From Acinetobacter phage AM24: a stretch of 64,000 bases of DNA. Shown here one piece after another: positions 37,657 to 46,698 of the stretch. Below the pieces are notes generated by a model. That model made no database searches. It was not told the origin of the DNA and saw nothing but the letters and a program-made list of their open reading frames with translations. Within the stretch, counting starts at the first letter, position 1. The number at the start of each line of letters is the position of its first letter. A program made the translations under genes and the position numbers. Location: the sequence record KY000079.2; one strand, written 5' to 3'.

Positions 37657-38331
37657 ATGGTTGCAAGACATTCAAGAACTAAGTTAAATATATCTAACAT
37701 TGATACATCAAATATGAAACCTTCGGAGAAAGTTCAGCATATACTTGAACTTAATCCAGAGGTTTTCCCTTCTAAGGCTTCTTATATTGATCTCTTGAGG
37801 AAGTGTATTCGTGCAGGTTGGGTAAAACACCCAGTCAAGCAAGCCTACAAGGAGTCAAAAAAGAAGAAGATCAAAAACCCAAACCCATATCATCAGAAAA
37901 GATTTGAGTATGTTTGGGGTTACACCTGTGAAATTTGTGGTGAAGATTATGTCGAAAAGGATATCGAAGTAGACCACAAAGTAGGAAACATTAGGTTTAC
38001 CGAAATAGAGGACTTTGAGAGTTATGCTCTTGCAATTTTACATATTGCACCAGAGGACTTGCAAATACTTTGTGCTTATCGGGACACTGATGTTAGATCA
38101 AGGAAGAAACATTCCTGTCACCATATCAAAACACTAGCAGAAAAGAATGGAATATCTTTTGAAGAGGCTAAAGTTTTGAAAAAGGTTATTCAGGTAGAGA
38201 AGTCTGGCGAAGGTGCTGTTGTAAAGATGTTGACTAGTTTGGGTGTATCTGCTAAGGATATTCCAAAAACAAAGTCAGGTAAAAATAAATTATTAAGGGA
38301 GGTTGCTCTAAGTCAAGTTAAGGCTAAGTAA
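37657..38331 (+). CDS. HNH endonuclease.
   Basis: The motif CEICGEDYVEKDIEVDHKVGN...H...CHH is an HNH zinc-finger nuclease signature. The start is chosen at the ATG with RBS caaggaatagttatg. Confidence 0.55.
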   Translation: MVARHSRTKLNISNIDTSNMKPSEKVQHILELNPEVFPSKASYIDLLRKCIRAGWVKHPVKQAYKESKKKKIKNPNPYHQKRFEYVWGYTCEICGEDYVEKDIEVDHKVGNIRFTEIEDFESYALAILHIAPEDLQILCAYRDTDVRSRKKHSCHHIKTLAEKNGISFEEAKVLKKVIQVEKSGEGAVVKMLTSLGVSAKDIPKTKSGKNKLLREVALSQVKAK

Positions 38332-38344
38332 CCTTGGAGGTAAA

Positions 38345-39316
38345 ATGTCAAAACAAAATTTAGAGTATAATCTCGAAATGGTTGAGCCTAGAGCTTGGCA
38401 TGCTAAAGCTGTAGAAATGAGTCTACAAGGTAAATCCTCAAGTGATATTGCTGAGGCTTTACTAGGCAGACGCACTCAAGGAAGTACGGTTCGAGATTTT
38501 CTTCGAAAGGTTAGTATCAGCAAGGCTGCTATTGAAGAGGTTGAGCCTGTAGAGATTCAGGAAAAGAACCCAACTATTTTAATCATTGCTGATACACAGT
38601 GTAAACCAGATGAGAGCCTTGAATATATGTTGTGGGTTGGGCACTATATTGCCGAGACAAAACCTGATGTTATTGTGCATATTGGTGACCATTTTGACTT
38701 CCCAAGTTTATCAAGTTACGATAAAGGGAAAGCAAGTTCCGAGGGTCGTAGACTCTCTGATGACATTGAGGCTGGTTGTTTAGGGTTTGAGTATTTAAAT
38801 TTACCAATGAAGAAGTACCCTGAATATAAACCACGCAAGATATTTTGTCTAGGTAATCATGAAGAGCGTCTTGATCGTTATGTGAATGATAACCCTGAGT
38901 TGGTTGGGACACTGGGTACAGACAAGTTACCATTCAAGGAACATGGTTGGGAGGTGCACCCTTTCTTGAAACCTGTAGAGGTTAATGGGATTCACTTTGT
39001 ACACTACTTGGCAAACCCTTTCACAAGTAAACCTTATGGTGGTACGGCTGCAAGCATCCTTAAGACTGTTGGGAGATCTTTCGTAGTTGGTCATAAACAA
39101 TGCTTAGATATTGCTATCAGACCTATTATTGATGGGACACAACAGGTTGGTATTATTAATGGTGCATGTTACCCTTTTGATGAAGAATATAAAGGTTATC
39201 AAGGGAACAATCACTTTAGAGGTATTACAGTTCTAACTGAGGTAGAGAATGGTTTTGGTTGCCCTTCTTTTATTTCACTAGATCATATGAAAAAGCTATA
39301 TTATTCGGAAAATTAG
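38345..39316 (+). CDS. Calcineurin-like metallophosphoesterase (SbcD/Mre11-like nuclease or phosphatase).
   Basis: Motifs ILIIADTQ, VIVHIGDHFD, GNHE and GHKQ. Confidence 0.7.
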   Translation: MSKQNLEYNLEMVEPRAWHAKAVEMSLQGKSSSDIAEALLGRRTQGSTVRDFLRKVSISKAAIEEVEPVEIQEKNPTILIIADTQCKPDESLEYMLWVGHYIAETKPDVIVHIGDHFDFPSLSSYDKGKASSEGRRLSDDIEAGCLGFEYLNLPMKKYPEYKPRKIFCLGNHEERLDRYVNDNPELVGTLGTDKLPFKEHGWEVHPFLKPVEVNGIHFVHYLANPFTSKPYGGTAASILKTVGRSFVVGHKQCLDIAIRPIIDGTQQVGIINGACYPFDEEYKGYQGNNHFRGITVLTEVENGFGCPSFISLDHMKKLYYSEN

Positions 39317-39325
39317 GAGAAAACT

Positions 39326-40240
39326 ATGGAAGATAAAGAATTACAAGGGATTAAAGAAACTTTACAGGAAGTGAGCACACAAATTCAGAACGTATCAAAT
39401 GATGCTCAGAGTGCTGCTATTGAGTTGGCCCATAGCGAGGTTGAGCAGCCAGAGATTTCACCTGAAGAACAAGCTCGACAGGATCGTGTTGTAGCTTGTG
39501 TTCGTAAGATTGTACTTTTGAATACAATCATGGGCAACAACCCTGTGTACGGTGTTTTACCAAGTGAACATTTGAAAATCTTATCTGCTCAAGAAAAAGT
39601 ATTCTTGGAAGAACGTAATGAAGCCTTAGCTGCAATCCATTCTAAATACCTTATTGAAGTATTGGATGGCTTAGCTGATATGTTTGTTGTACAGACTGGC
39701 TACCAACATTTAAACGCACCAATTCCAGAAGAATTAATTGCTGAAGGTCGTTTCCCAGAACAATTTGCAGGACATGTTGGCTCAGCTTTAATGGGTCCAG
39801 AGATTGGTGCTCTATCAAATAGTGTATTTGCAGGTATGGCTGATGCATTCCATATTGCACGTATTGCCTCAGAGCAGCTTTTTATTGATAAGCTTGGGGT
39901 TAGCCAAGAACGATACCTTGAGGGTTGTATTCGAGCGTTAGAACTTATCTGTGATAACAATTTAGCTAAAGCTACAAAAGACAAAGATGTGGCTGCACGT
40001 TGGTACAAGAAACTTGGTAAAAAGTTAGTCGAGAAAGAAGGATGGCATATCCGTGCAGTTGAAGTTAATGGTGAAACTTGGTATTCACTCTTTGATGGTA
40101 ATGGTAAATTCCGTAAACACAAGGACTTTGTTGGTGTAGATTTGCAACCTGTTTTAGATTATATGCTTGAGGGTATTGACAAAGAGTTAATTCCAGATCA
40201 AGATAATGCTAAGTTACTATTCGAACAAGCGAGAGGTTAG
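39326..40240 (+). CDS. Hypothetical protein.
   Basis: RBS aggagaaaactatg. 304 aa. Confidence 0.4.
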   Translation: MEDKELQGIKETLQEVSTQIQNVSNDAQSAAIELAHSEVEQPEISPEEQARQDRVVACVRKIVLLNTIMGNNPVYGVLPSEHLKILSAQEKVFLEERNEALAAIHSKYLIEVLDGLADMFVVQTGYQHLNAPIPEELIAEGRFPEQFAGHVGSALMGPEIGALSNSVFAGMADAFHIARIASEQLFIDKLGVSQERYLEGCIRALELICDNNLAKATKDKDVAARWYKKLGKKLVEKEGWHIRAVEVNGETWYSLFDGNGKFRKHKDFVGVDLQPVLDYMLEGIDKELIPDQDNAKLLFEQARG

Positions 40241-40241
40241 T

Positions 40242-40409
40242 ATGGCTGAAAATACTGAAACAGTTACAATTTCAAAAGAACGGTATCAGAAACTTTTAAA
40301 AAATGAAAGTTGGTTGGCTGCACTAGGAGATGCTGGTGTGGATAACTGGTCTGGTTATGATGAAGCACGTGAAATTCAACGTGAGTGGGAAGAAGAAGAT
40401 GAAGATTAA
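40242..40409 (+). CDS. Hypothetical small acidic protein.
   Basis: RBS gagaggttagtatg. 55 aa. Confidence 0.3.
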   Translation: MAENTETVTISKERYQKLLKNESWLAALGDAGVDNWSGYDEAREIQREWEEEDED

Positions 40410-40581
40410 GTATGCCGTACATCATTATGTAGATGGTTGCTATGAAGGTGTTCGTGGCATCTTTGATAAAGTTGAAGAAGCAATTGAAAGACATAAGCAA
40501 TTATCAGAAACAGAGGCTACCTCAGATTTTGATTTTACAATTGAGGTTGTCTATGATGGGGGAGGTGATGAAGATGAGTAA
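40399..40581 (+). CDS. Hypothetical small protein.
   Basis: ATG overlapping the previous stop. 60 aa. Confidence 0.3.
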   Translation: MKIKYAVHHYVDGCYEGVRGIFDKVEEAIERHKQLSETEATSDFDFTIEVVYDGGGDEDE

Positions 40582-40993
40582 AGACTATTTCGAAGAAGTA
40601 CTTTATTGCCTAGATGGTTATGTAGCAAGCCATAATGAAAGAAATTTCGGTGATGCTGATGAGTGGTTGCGTCATGTTAGAAATGACTGGGAAAAGTTTA
40701 CTGACAATCATGATTCAAGTTTAAATCCACTTGAGCATTACCGTGAAGAGTTGAATGCAAATAAAGTTTTTGCTGCTGTCCATGTAATTACTGAATCCTG
40801 TGATCATTACAACTACCTTCTAGAAGTTCAAGATTGTAGTGATTTAATTGAGCAGTTGATATCAAGTCTTGGTCATGAGTTTGCGCATATATGTGATGTT
40901 TACGTGACAATGCCAGATGATTTTGATACAAACGCAGTAGAGGCAAGTATTATGTGTCGAAGTGCTAAGTATTTGGAAGGAGGTGATGATTGA
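40574..40993 (+). CDS. Hypothetical protein.
   Basis: RBS gggggaggtgatgaagatg. 139 aa. Confidence 0.35.
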   Translation: MSKDYFEEVLYCLDGYVASHNERNFGDADEWLRHVRNDWEKFTDNHDSSLNPLEHYREELNANKVFAAVHVITESCDHYNYLLEVQDCSDLIEQLISSLGHEFAHICDVYVTMPDDFDTNAVEASIMCRSAKYLEGGDD

Positions 40994-42024
40994 GTTTAAC
41001 AAAAGAGTTTTTTGAAAGAGATACAAACATCACCGCTAAGGTTATTGCTGACAGTATTTCTCCTTCGGGACAACGTATCACGACCTTTGAGGTTGAATAT
41101 CCACGTTTTATTCTTGCTGAGTTGAACACTCATAAGATGTTGGAAAAGAATTCATCAAGTTCTCGTGCTATTCCCATCATTAAAATGATTGAACAAATTG
41201 AAACTAATGGTGCAACTCCTCTATACTGGGGTAAAACTAAGTCAGGGATGCAAGCTGGGGAAGAGGTGGTTGGAAATGACCTAAGTGTTATACAATACTT
41301 GTGGGACTTGGCACGATCAAATGCTGTAGCATCAGCAGATATTTTATCTCAAATGGGGTTGCATAAACAAACATCTAATCGTTTGCTTGAACCTTTTCAG
41401 ATGATGAAGACTGTCATAACTGGTACTGACTGGGATAACTTCTTTAACTTACGGATTCATCCAGATTCTCAGCCAGAGTTCTGTATGTTGGCTTACAAGA
41501 TGTATATGGCTATGAAAGAGAGTACTCCTGTAAAATTAGTTGCTGGTCAATGGCATTTACCATTTGTTCACACTTTTATTAGTAAAGAGGGTGTTCAATA
41601 TTATAGCGATGGTATTAATCCTCTGAGTGGTGGTAAACAACTTTCACTTGAAGAAGCTATTCGTGTATCTGCATCGTGTTGTGCTCAAACATCATACCGT
41701 AAGAGTGATGATTCATTAGAGAAAGCTGATAAGATTTTCGACATGTTGATCAAGGCAGATGTGCTTCATGCTTCACCTTTTGGTCACTTGGCTACTCCTG
41801 TGCGTGAGTACTGGCAGAACCCGAAACCTTATTTGGATGATGTAAACTCTATGGATTATAGCACTTGGGAGAAAGGTATTACTCATATGAACCGTAAAGG
41901 TGTTCTATGTTCAGGCAACTTGACTGGTTGGATTTCATATCGACATCTTATTCCAAACAATACATGTTATGAATTTGATTTTGAAGAACGTATGAAGCTC
42001 TTCTCAGATGGAAGTGTTTCTTAA
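40990..42024 (+). CDS. ThyX-like protein (flavin-dependent thymidylate synthase fold) with atypical motifs. TTG start.
   Basis: An HxSPFxH-type motif (LHASPFGHL) and a degenerate RHR..S-like segment (LNTHKMLEKNSSSSRA). RBS ggaggtgatga. It is encoded alongside nrdAB and a dCMP deaminase. Confidence 0.4.
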   Translation: MSLTKEFFERDTNITAKVIADSISPSGQRITTFEVEYPRFILAELNTHKMLEKNSSSSRAIPIIKMIEQIETNGATPLYWGKTKSGMQAGEEVVGNDLSVIQYLWDLARSNAVASADILSQMGLHKQTSNRLLEPFQMMKTVITGTDWDNFFNLRIHPDSQPEFCMLAYKMYMAMKESTPVKLVAGQWHLPFVHTFISKEGVQYYSDGINPLSGGKQLSLEEAIRVSASCCAQTSYRKSDDSLEKADKIFDMLIKADVLHASPFGHLATPVREYWQNPKPYLDDVNSMDYSTWEKGITHMNRKGVLCSGNLTGWISYRHLIPNNTCYEFDFEERMKLFSDGSVS

Positions 42025-42034
42025 GGAGGTGTAC

Positions 42035-42424
42035 ATGGCTTATGTACGAGCAAGCCACAAGGATGTGGTAGAGTTACTTACACAGGGAAACTATGAAGTA
42101 ACCAAGGAAAATATTTATAAAGCATTACATTTGGTTTTTGGTTTTGATAGAACTCGTAGGGGTGAGTTTGGAATTGAAGATTCTGAAACGGCTTTATCGG
42201 AGAATGATATTGGCAAAAAGCGTTGGTTTAGTGTAGATGCATACCAACATAAAACCTTGGATGGTGAAGTGGTGGTTGGGTTAATGTACATTGGCTATGA
42301 ACGTAAGGATGAGGATTGGATTCAAAATGGACGACCTTCAGAGGAAGTTAAAATGGAAATTCGAAATGATCCATCTTACAATGCTTTAATTGCTGGTTTA
42401 AGTCGAAGACGACCTGTTAGTTAA
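42035..42424 (+). CDS. Hypothetical protein.
   Basis: RBS aaggaggtgtacatg. 129 aa. Confidence 0.4.
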   Translation: MAYVRASHKDVVELLTQGNYEVTKENIYKALHLVFGFDRTRRGEFGIEDSETALSENDIGKKRWFSVDAYQHKTLDGEVVVGLMYIGYERKDEDWIQNGRPSEEVKMEIRNDPSYNALIAGLSRRRPVS

Positions 42425-42465
42425 CGATTAAAATTTGAAGTGTTTCTTTATAGAGGCAAACCTAA

Positions 42466-42492
42466 AGGCTCACCTCTGGTGGGCTTTATTTG
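42466..42492 (+). terminator. Probable rho-independent terminator.
   Basis: Stem gctcacc / ggtgggc (one G-U pair) followed by tttattt. Confidence 0.35.
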
Positions 42493-42546
42493 TATGTAGT
42501 TTTAATATACATAGGTTTTTGAAATAAAAGTGTAAAGGAGTTTTAA

Positions 42547-44316
42547 ATGGGAAAAAATATTACCCGTAAAAGAGAGGATGGCCGTAACACCCGTAACCGT
42601 GACTACAGACAAGAAATTGGAGAAAGAGATTTATACATCAGTGAGAAGCACAAACAACAACGTGAAGAGTATATTAAACAAAACCCAATTGTTCCATTAA
42701 ACCCCAAACAACGTAGATATATGGAACTCTTAGATGAGAAGAAGTGTATCATTGCTACAGGCTTTGCAGGTTGTGTTGATGCTGATACAGAATTCTTAAG
42801 TGAATCTGGCTGGAAGCGCATGGCAGATTATGTTGTTGGTGATAAAGTCATGCAAGTCAGTCAAGAAGGTTTATTGGGAAGTTTTGTTGATCCAGTTCAA
42901 TATATTAAACGTGAGTGTGATTGGTTCTACCACTTCAAGACGCATCGTGGTATTGATCAAGTTTTATCCGAAGAGCACCACGTCGCGTATACGATAAAAG
43001 ATCGATTACGGCTGAACAAAGTGTTAGTTGCTGATCTTGTAGAAAGTTTGGATTACAAACCTAATGGCTTCCTAGGTAAAATTCCTTGTATCTATAGATT
43101 TAATGGCAATAGTTTGGGTTTAAGTGATTGGGATATTAGACTTGGTGTTGCTATCAAAGCGGATGCACATCTCGCTTCTGAGACAACAGGACGATATGTC
43201 TTTCGGCTAAAGAAAGAGCGTAAGGTTGAAAGACTTAAGTGGATTTTGGAAAATATGGGGCGTGATTATAAACTACGGCACTTAGAAGGTGGGTATACTG
43301 AAATCCAAGTCTATGCGCCAGAACACACAAAAAACCTTGCAGATTGGATGTTTTGCTCAAAAGAAGATGCAGAAATAATTATGAGTGAATATCAATACTG
43401 GGATGGGGATTCAAAACCATCTGGGTCTAGGTTGCCTAGATTTTCGACATCTAGGAAGACAGAAGCTGACGCCATGCAGTACTTTGCAAACATTTGTGGG
43501 TATCGTGCAAGTATTACTGAGGTGACTTCAGATTGTGCGTTTAAGCATGTAAAAAAGGTTTACAAATATGAAGGTCGTGTGATGTACACAGTTAATTTAA
43601 CGAAACAAACGCACATACGCTTGACACCAAAAAATCGTGTTACAGGAGAGATTGTGAAACCAGATAAAATCCCAAGTGTTGATGGGTATAAATATTGTTT
43701 TGAAGTTCCATCTGGTTTCTTGTTACTTAGAAGAAACGGCAAGGTGTTTGTAACAGGTAATACATCTAAAACATATATCCCCACAGCTATCTTTGCAGAT
43801 TTATACCGTACAGGAAAGCTTAAGAAAATTGTTTTAATTAGACCAGCCGTGTCTAATTCTAAGAGTTTAGGTTATTTTGCAGGGACTATTGAGCAAAAGA
43901 GTTCTGTTTGGTTGGCACCTGTTATTGATGTGCTATACAAGCGTCTAGGTCGTCCAGCAGCCCTACAAGCTATCGCTAATGGTGACATTGAGTTTGTTCC
44001 TATGGAAACAGTTAAAGGTCGAAGCTTTGATGAAGACACAGCAGTTATTGTTACGGAAGCTGAAGATTGTACCAAAGAGGAAATCATGTCTCTACTAACC
44101 CGACAAAATGGTTGTAAGATGGTCATTGAAGGTGATGTTCGACAAAGTGCACTTCGAGAGGAAAGTGGTTTGAAGATGGCTATTGATCTTTACTCTAAGC
44201 ACAAATCATTACAGGAAACTATGGGGTTAATCAGCTTTGATGATGTTCAAGATATTGTCCGAAGCCCTGAATGTAAAATTTGGATTAAGGTATTCGTTAA
44301 AGAGGGTTTGATGTGA
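42547..44316 (+). CDS. phoH: PhoH-like ATPase interrupted by a 330-aa intein in the P-loop.
   Basis: After removal of the intein, the extein Walker A is ATGFAG/TSKTY (GxxGxGKTY). The C-terminal PhoH signatures are VIEGDVRQSAL..ESGL and DDVQDIVRSPEC. Confidence 0.7.
   Translation: MGKNITRKREDGRNTRNRDYRQEIGERDLYISEKHKQQREEYIKQNPIVPLNPKQRRYMELLDEKKCIIATGFAGCVDADTEFLSESGWKRMADYVVGDKVMQVSQEGLLGSFVDPVQYIKRECDWFYHFKTHRGIDQVLSEEHHVAYTIKDRLRLNKVLVADLVESLDYKPNGFLGKIPCIYRFNGNSLGLSDWDIRLGVAIKADAHLASETTGRYVFRLKKERKVERLKWILENMGRDYKLRHLEGGYTEIQVYAPEHTKNLADWMFCSKEDAEIIMSEYQYWDGDSKPSGSRLPRFSTSRKTEADAMQYFANICGYRASITEVTSDCAFKHVKKVYKYEGRVMYTVNLTKQTHIRLTPKNRVTGEIVKPDKIPSVDGYKYCFEVPSGFLLLRRNGKVFVTGNTSKTYIPTAIFADLYRTGKLKKIVLIRPAVSNSKSLGYFAGTIEQKSSVWLAPVIDVLYKRLGRPAALQAIANGDIEFVPMETVKGRSFDEDTAVIVTEAEDCTKEEIMSLLTRQNGCKMVIEGDVRQSALREESGLKMAIDLYSKHKSLQETMGLISFDDVQDIVRSPECKIWIKVFVKEGLM
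42772..43761 (+). mobile_element. Intein with a degenerate LAGLIDADG-type endonuclease domain, inserted in the Walker A motif of PhoH.
   Basis: Block A CVDADTEFLSESGW, block B FKTH, LAGLIDADG-like LGVAIKADAHL and YWDGDS, and a C-terminus ...GKVFVTGN followed by the +1 Thr. Confidence 0.65.
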
Positions 44317-44918
44317 GTGGAAAAGGAATGGTTTGTGGTCATGGTATAAATGACTTTAAAGACCGTGTAAACATCAATGGCAAGATTGTCAGAGAGTATT
44401 GTCTATGGAAATCTATGTTGGCTAGATGTTATTCACCTATCTTCCACAAGCAAAACCCAACCTACAAGGGATGCGAAGTGGAACCATTTCTCCTATCCTT
44501 CACAAACTTCTATAATTTCGTAAGAAGTTTAAAGGGTTTTGGTGAGGTTGATGAGAAAGGTAGACCCTTCCAGATGGATAAAGACTTGTTGGTTAAGGGG
44601 AATAAAACTTATAGTGTTGATACTATTTGTTTTGTTCCTTGGGAAGTTAATGCGTTTTTAACAAACAATACTGCGGTTCGTGGTGATTTGCCAGTTGGTG
44701 TTGTCTATCATAAAAGAGATGATGTATACCAAGCAACCTTGAGGTTATATGGGAAGACAACTTATCTAGGATCTTTTGAGACACCTGAAGCGGCTTTTGT
44801 TGCCTACAAAAACGCTAAAGAAGCTCAAGCTAAAGTTTTAGCTGAAAAGTGGAAAGATAAGATTGACCCTAGAGTGTATGATGCGCTAATAAATTATGAG
44901 GTTAATATAGATGACTGA
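44313..44918 (+). CDS. AP2-domain putative homing endonuclease.
   Basis: The C-terminal AP2/ERF-like DNA-binding region is VGVVYHKRDDVYQATLRLYGKTTYLGSFETPEAAFVAYKNA. The N-terminus has the W..M..RC motif seen in phage HNH/AP2 endonucleases. Its start overlaps the phoH stop. Confidence 0.5.
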   Translation: MSGKGMVCGHGINDFKDRVNINGKIVREYCLWKSMLARCYSPIFHKQNPTYKGCEVEPFLLSFTNFYNFVRSLKGFGEVDEKGRPFQMDKDLLVKGNKTYSVDTICFVPWEVNAFLTNNTAVRGDLPVGVVYHKRDDVYQATLRLYGKTTYLGSFETPEAAFVAYKNAKEAQAKVLAEKWKDKIDPRVYDALINYEVNIDD

Positions 44919-45276
44919 AGGCTTTACAAATGCTGTTGAAAACATGAGGTTATGTGAAAATAATCTGTTAGAGGCTATCAATCGAGTATTTGAAGAGTAT
45001 GCTAAGATGGATTATTTCAATGATTGTTATTTGAATATGACAGAGGCAATCGATGATATAATTTTGAATTTCAACAACTTAATTGATAAAATTAATAATT
45101 TTAATTTTTCTTATGAAAAAGTGTTGACAAAAAATTTTTCTGTTGGTAAGATATGCTACATATTAAGAGCAGAATTAAAAGTTAACGATGAAACTGGCAT
45201 GGTTTATATTAAAAATTATGAAGTTTCAAAAATTAACTTTGATGGTTCTGAAAGTATTGTTATATCTGGAGAATAG
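44911..45276 (+). CDS. Hypothetical protein.
   Basis: 121-aa ORF. It contains an internal promoter-like sequence near its 3' end. Confidence 0.35.
   Translation: MTEGFTNAVENMRLCENNLLEAINRVFEEYAKMDYFNDCYLNMTEAIDDIILNFNNLIDKINNFNFSYEKVLTKNFSVGKICYILRAELKVNDETGMVYIKNYEVSKINFDGSESIVISGE
45124..45152 (+). promoter_or_regulatory. Sigma70-type promoter with extended -35 aaaagtgttgaca.
   Basis: -35 ttgaca (45124-29), 17-bp spacer, -10 taagat (45147-52). Confidence 0.35.
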
Positions 45277-45304
45277 ATTATGAAAGACTTTTAAGGAGAA
45301 AACT

Positions 45305-45544
45305 TTGAAAATTACGCAAGCACAGTTAGACCATCTTTGTACTCTTCATACTTTAATGGTATCCTCTAAGGAATCCTATGATGAAGCTGTTAAGAAAGTT
45401 GCAGAAGACAATGGTGTTGACAGTTCTGTATTAAAGTCCTTCATTGGTAAATATGAAGGGGATCGTGAAAAATTAAATAAAGAAGTGGAGAAAAAGCAAC
45501 AATTTATTGATCTTGTTGAAAGCTTCACTGTGGAGGGTAATTAA
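45305..45544 (+). CDS. Hypothetical small protein. TTG start.
   Basis: RBS aaggagaaaacttg. 79 aa. Confidence 0.35.
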   Translation: MKITQAQLDHLCTLHTLMVSSKESYDEAVKKVAEDNGVDSSVLKSFIGKYEGDREKLNKEVEKKQQFIDLVESFTVEGN

Positions 45545-45969
45545 TGGGTTTGGAAAGTGTAGAGGATTTACTAAAACTTTTGGCTAAAGTTAAGATGCAT
45601 GCAGCAATGGTACGTCTTGCTGAAGTTCAAGCTGGGAAGTCAGACTTAGAAGTTGCACGAGCTTGGTTCTCTGTTTGTCGTGGACATTATGTAGTGCCAA
45701 AACCAACAGAAGAATATGAGCCAGATTTTGAAGAAGACCGACTTAAAATTGTTGGTTTGGTTGAGGACGGTGAAAAATTTAAGTTTGAATTTGAAACATC
45801 CACTGGTTCAACAGTTCAATTAGGTGGTCGATTACATGCTGACTACATCTTAGTTGATAGCCAAGATGTGGACCCTTTTGAAATCATCGAACAATTAACA
45901 AATGTTCTTGGTGGGGAAGACTTGAAGAAGTCTGATGGTGATTCACCAATTAAACACTTGCTAAGTTAA
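45544..45969 (+). CDS. Hypothetical protein.
   Basis: Start coupled to the previous stop (taatgg). 141 aa. Confidence 0.35.
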   Translation: MGLESVEDLLKLLAKVKMHAAMVRLAEVQAGKSDLEVARAWFSVCRGHYVVPKPTEEYEPDFEEDRLKIVGLVEDGEKFKFEFETSTGSTVQLGGRLHADYILVDSQDVDPFEIIEQLTNVLGGEDLKKSDGDSPIKHLLS

Positions 45970-46046
45970 TTTAAATAAGGTAATATTCAGGTAGTACTAA
46001 AGGTTGTACTACCACTACTAAACAAAAATTTTTGGAGAAAATATTT

Positions 46047-46619
46047 ATGACACGTTTAAATACTCAATATGTTGAAACTCAAAACACTGGCAAGTTAAAA
46101 GTTGGTGATGTTGTTGAAATCTTAAATACAGAAGAATTCCATGATGGTGTAAAAGTTGGGGATCGTGCTGTTGTTTTACAAATTCGCACTATTTCAATCC
46201 TCGCATTACACTTCGCTGTATTAGGTTATGAAGTGGAAGGTAGTGATCACCTTGTATTCCGAAACATTGATTTTGAAGACTTTGAAGATGAAGTTAAATT
46301 CTTAGGTCGACAAACAGATGCACATGAATTCCAAACCAAATACCTTGAAAAGTTAGGTTCTACAAATATCCGTGTTCTTGATCTTGCACGTTTTGACGAA
46401 GATTATGTAGAGCAAAATGCTGTTTACCCTCTAGTTGGTGCTGCATTGAAACCTAAAATCAAGTGGGTTGAAAGCGAAGATGAAGGTCTGGTCGATGCTG
46501 TAACTGGTTGGGAAGCTGATACTGATGAAAATGGTGATGTTCTTGTGTTCCAACTTGAAGATGGTCACATCCAGTACACTCCGTTAGATGGAGGTGTTGA
46601 GTTAGCTTTAGCTAGTTAA
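46047..46619 (+). CDS. Larger member of the KOW/SH3-like VGD family, with an N-terminal double VGD repeat.
   Basis: KLKVGDVVEILNTEEFHDGVKVGDRAVVLQIR. The start is chosen at ATG 46047. Confidence 0.4.
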   Translation: MTRLNTQYVETQNTGKLKVGDVVEILNTEEFHDGVKVGDRAVVLQIRTISILALHFAVLGYEVEGSDHLVFRNIDFEDFEDEVKFLGRQTDAHEFQTKYLEKLGSTNIRVLDLARFDEDYVEQNAVYPLVGAALKPKIKWVESEDEGLVDAVTGWEADTDENGDVLVFQLEDGHIQYTPLDGGVELALAS

Positions 46620-46645
46620 TTCAATTAAATAACTGAGTTAAAGAA

Positions 46646-46672
46646 TGCCCCAACATTGTTTGGGGTTTTCTT
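46646..46672 (+). terminator. Rho-independent terminator.
   Basis: Stem ccccaa / ttgggg, loop cattgt, then ttttc. Confidence 0.45.
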
Positions 46673-46698
46673 GTAGTTTAACTTGACAGGAGGTCATT

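Noticed and set aside
40990-42024. A confident call as canonical thymidylate synthase ThyX
   Set aside because: The diagnostic RHR motif is replaced (THK) and the motif order is atypical. It is kept only as ThyX-like with low confidence.
46676-46690. ttgaca immediately upstream of the 46699 RBS (also ttgaca inside the 53433 terminator loop)
   Set aside because: No -10 element is found at the appropriate spacing. These are likely coincidental matches to TTGACA.
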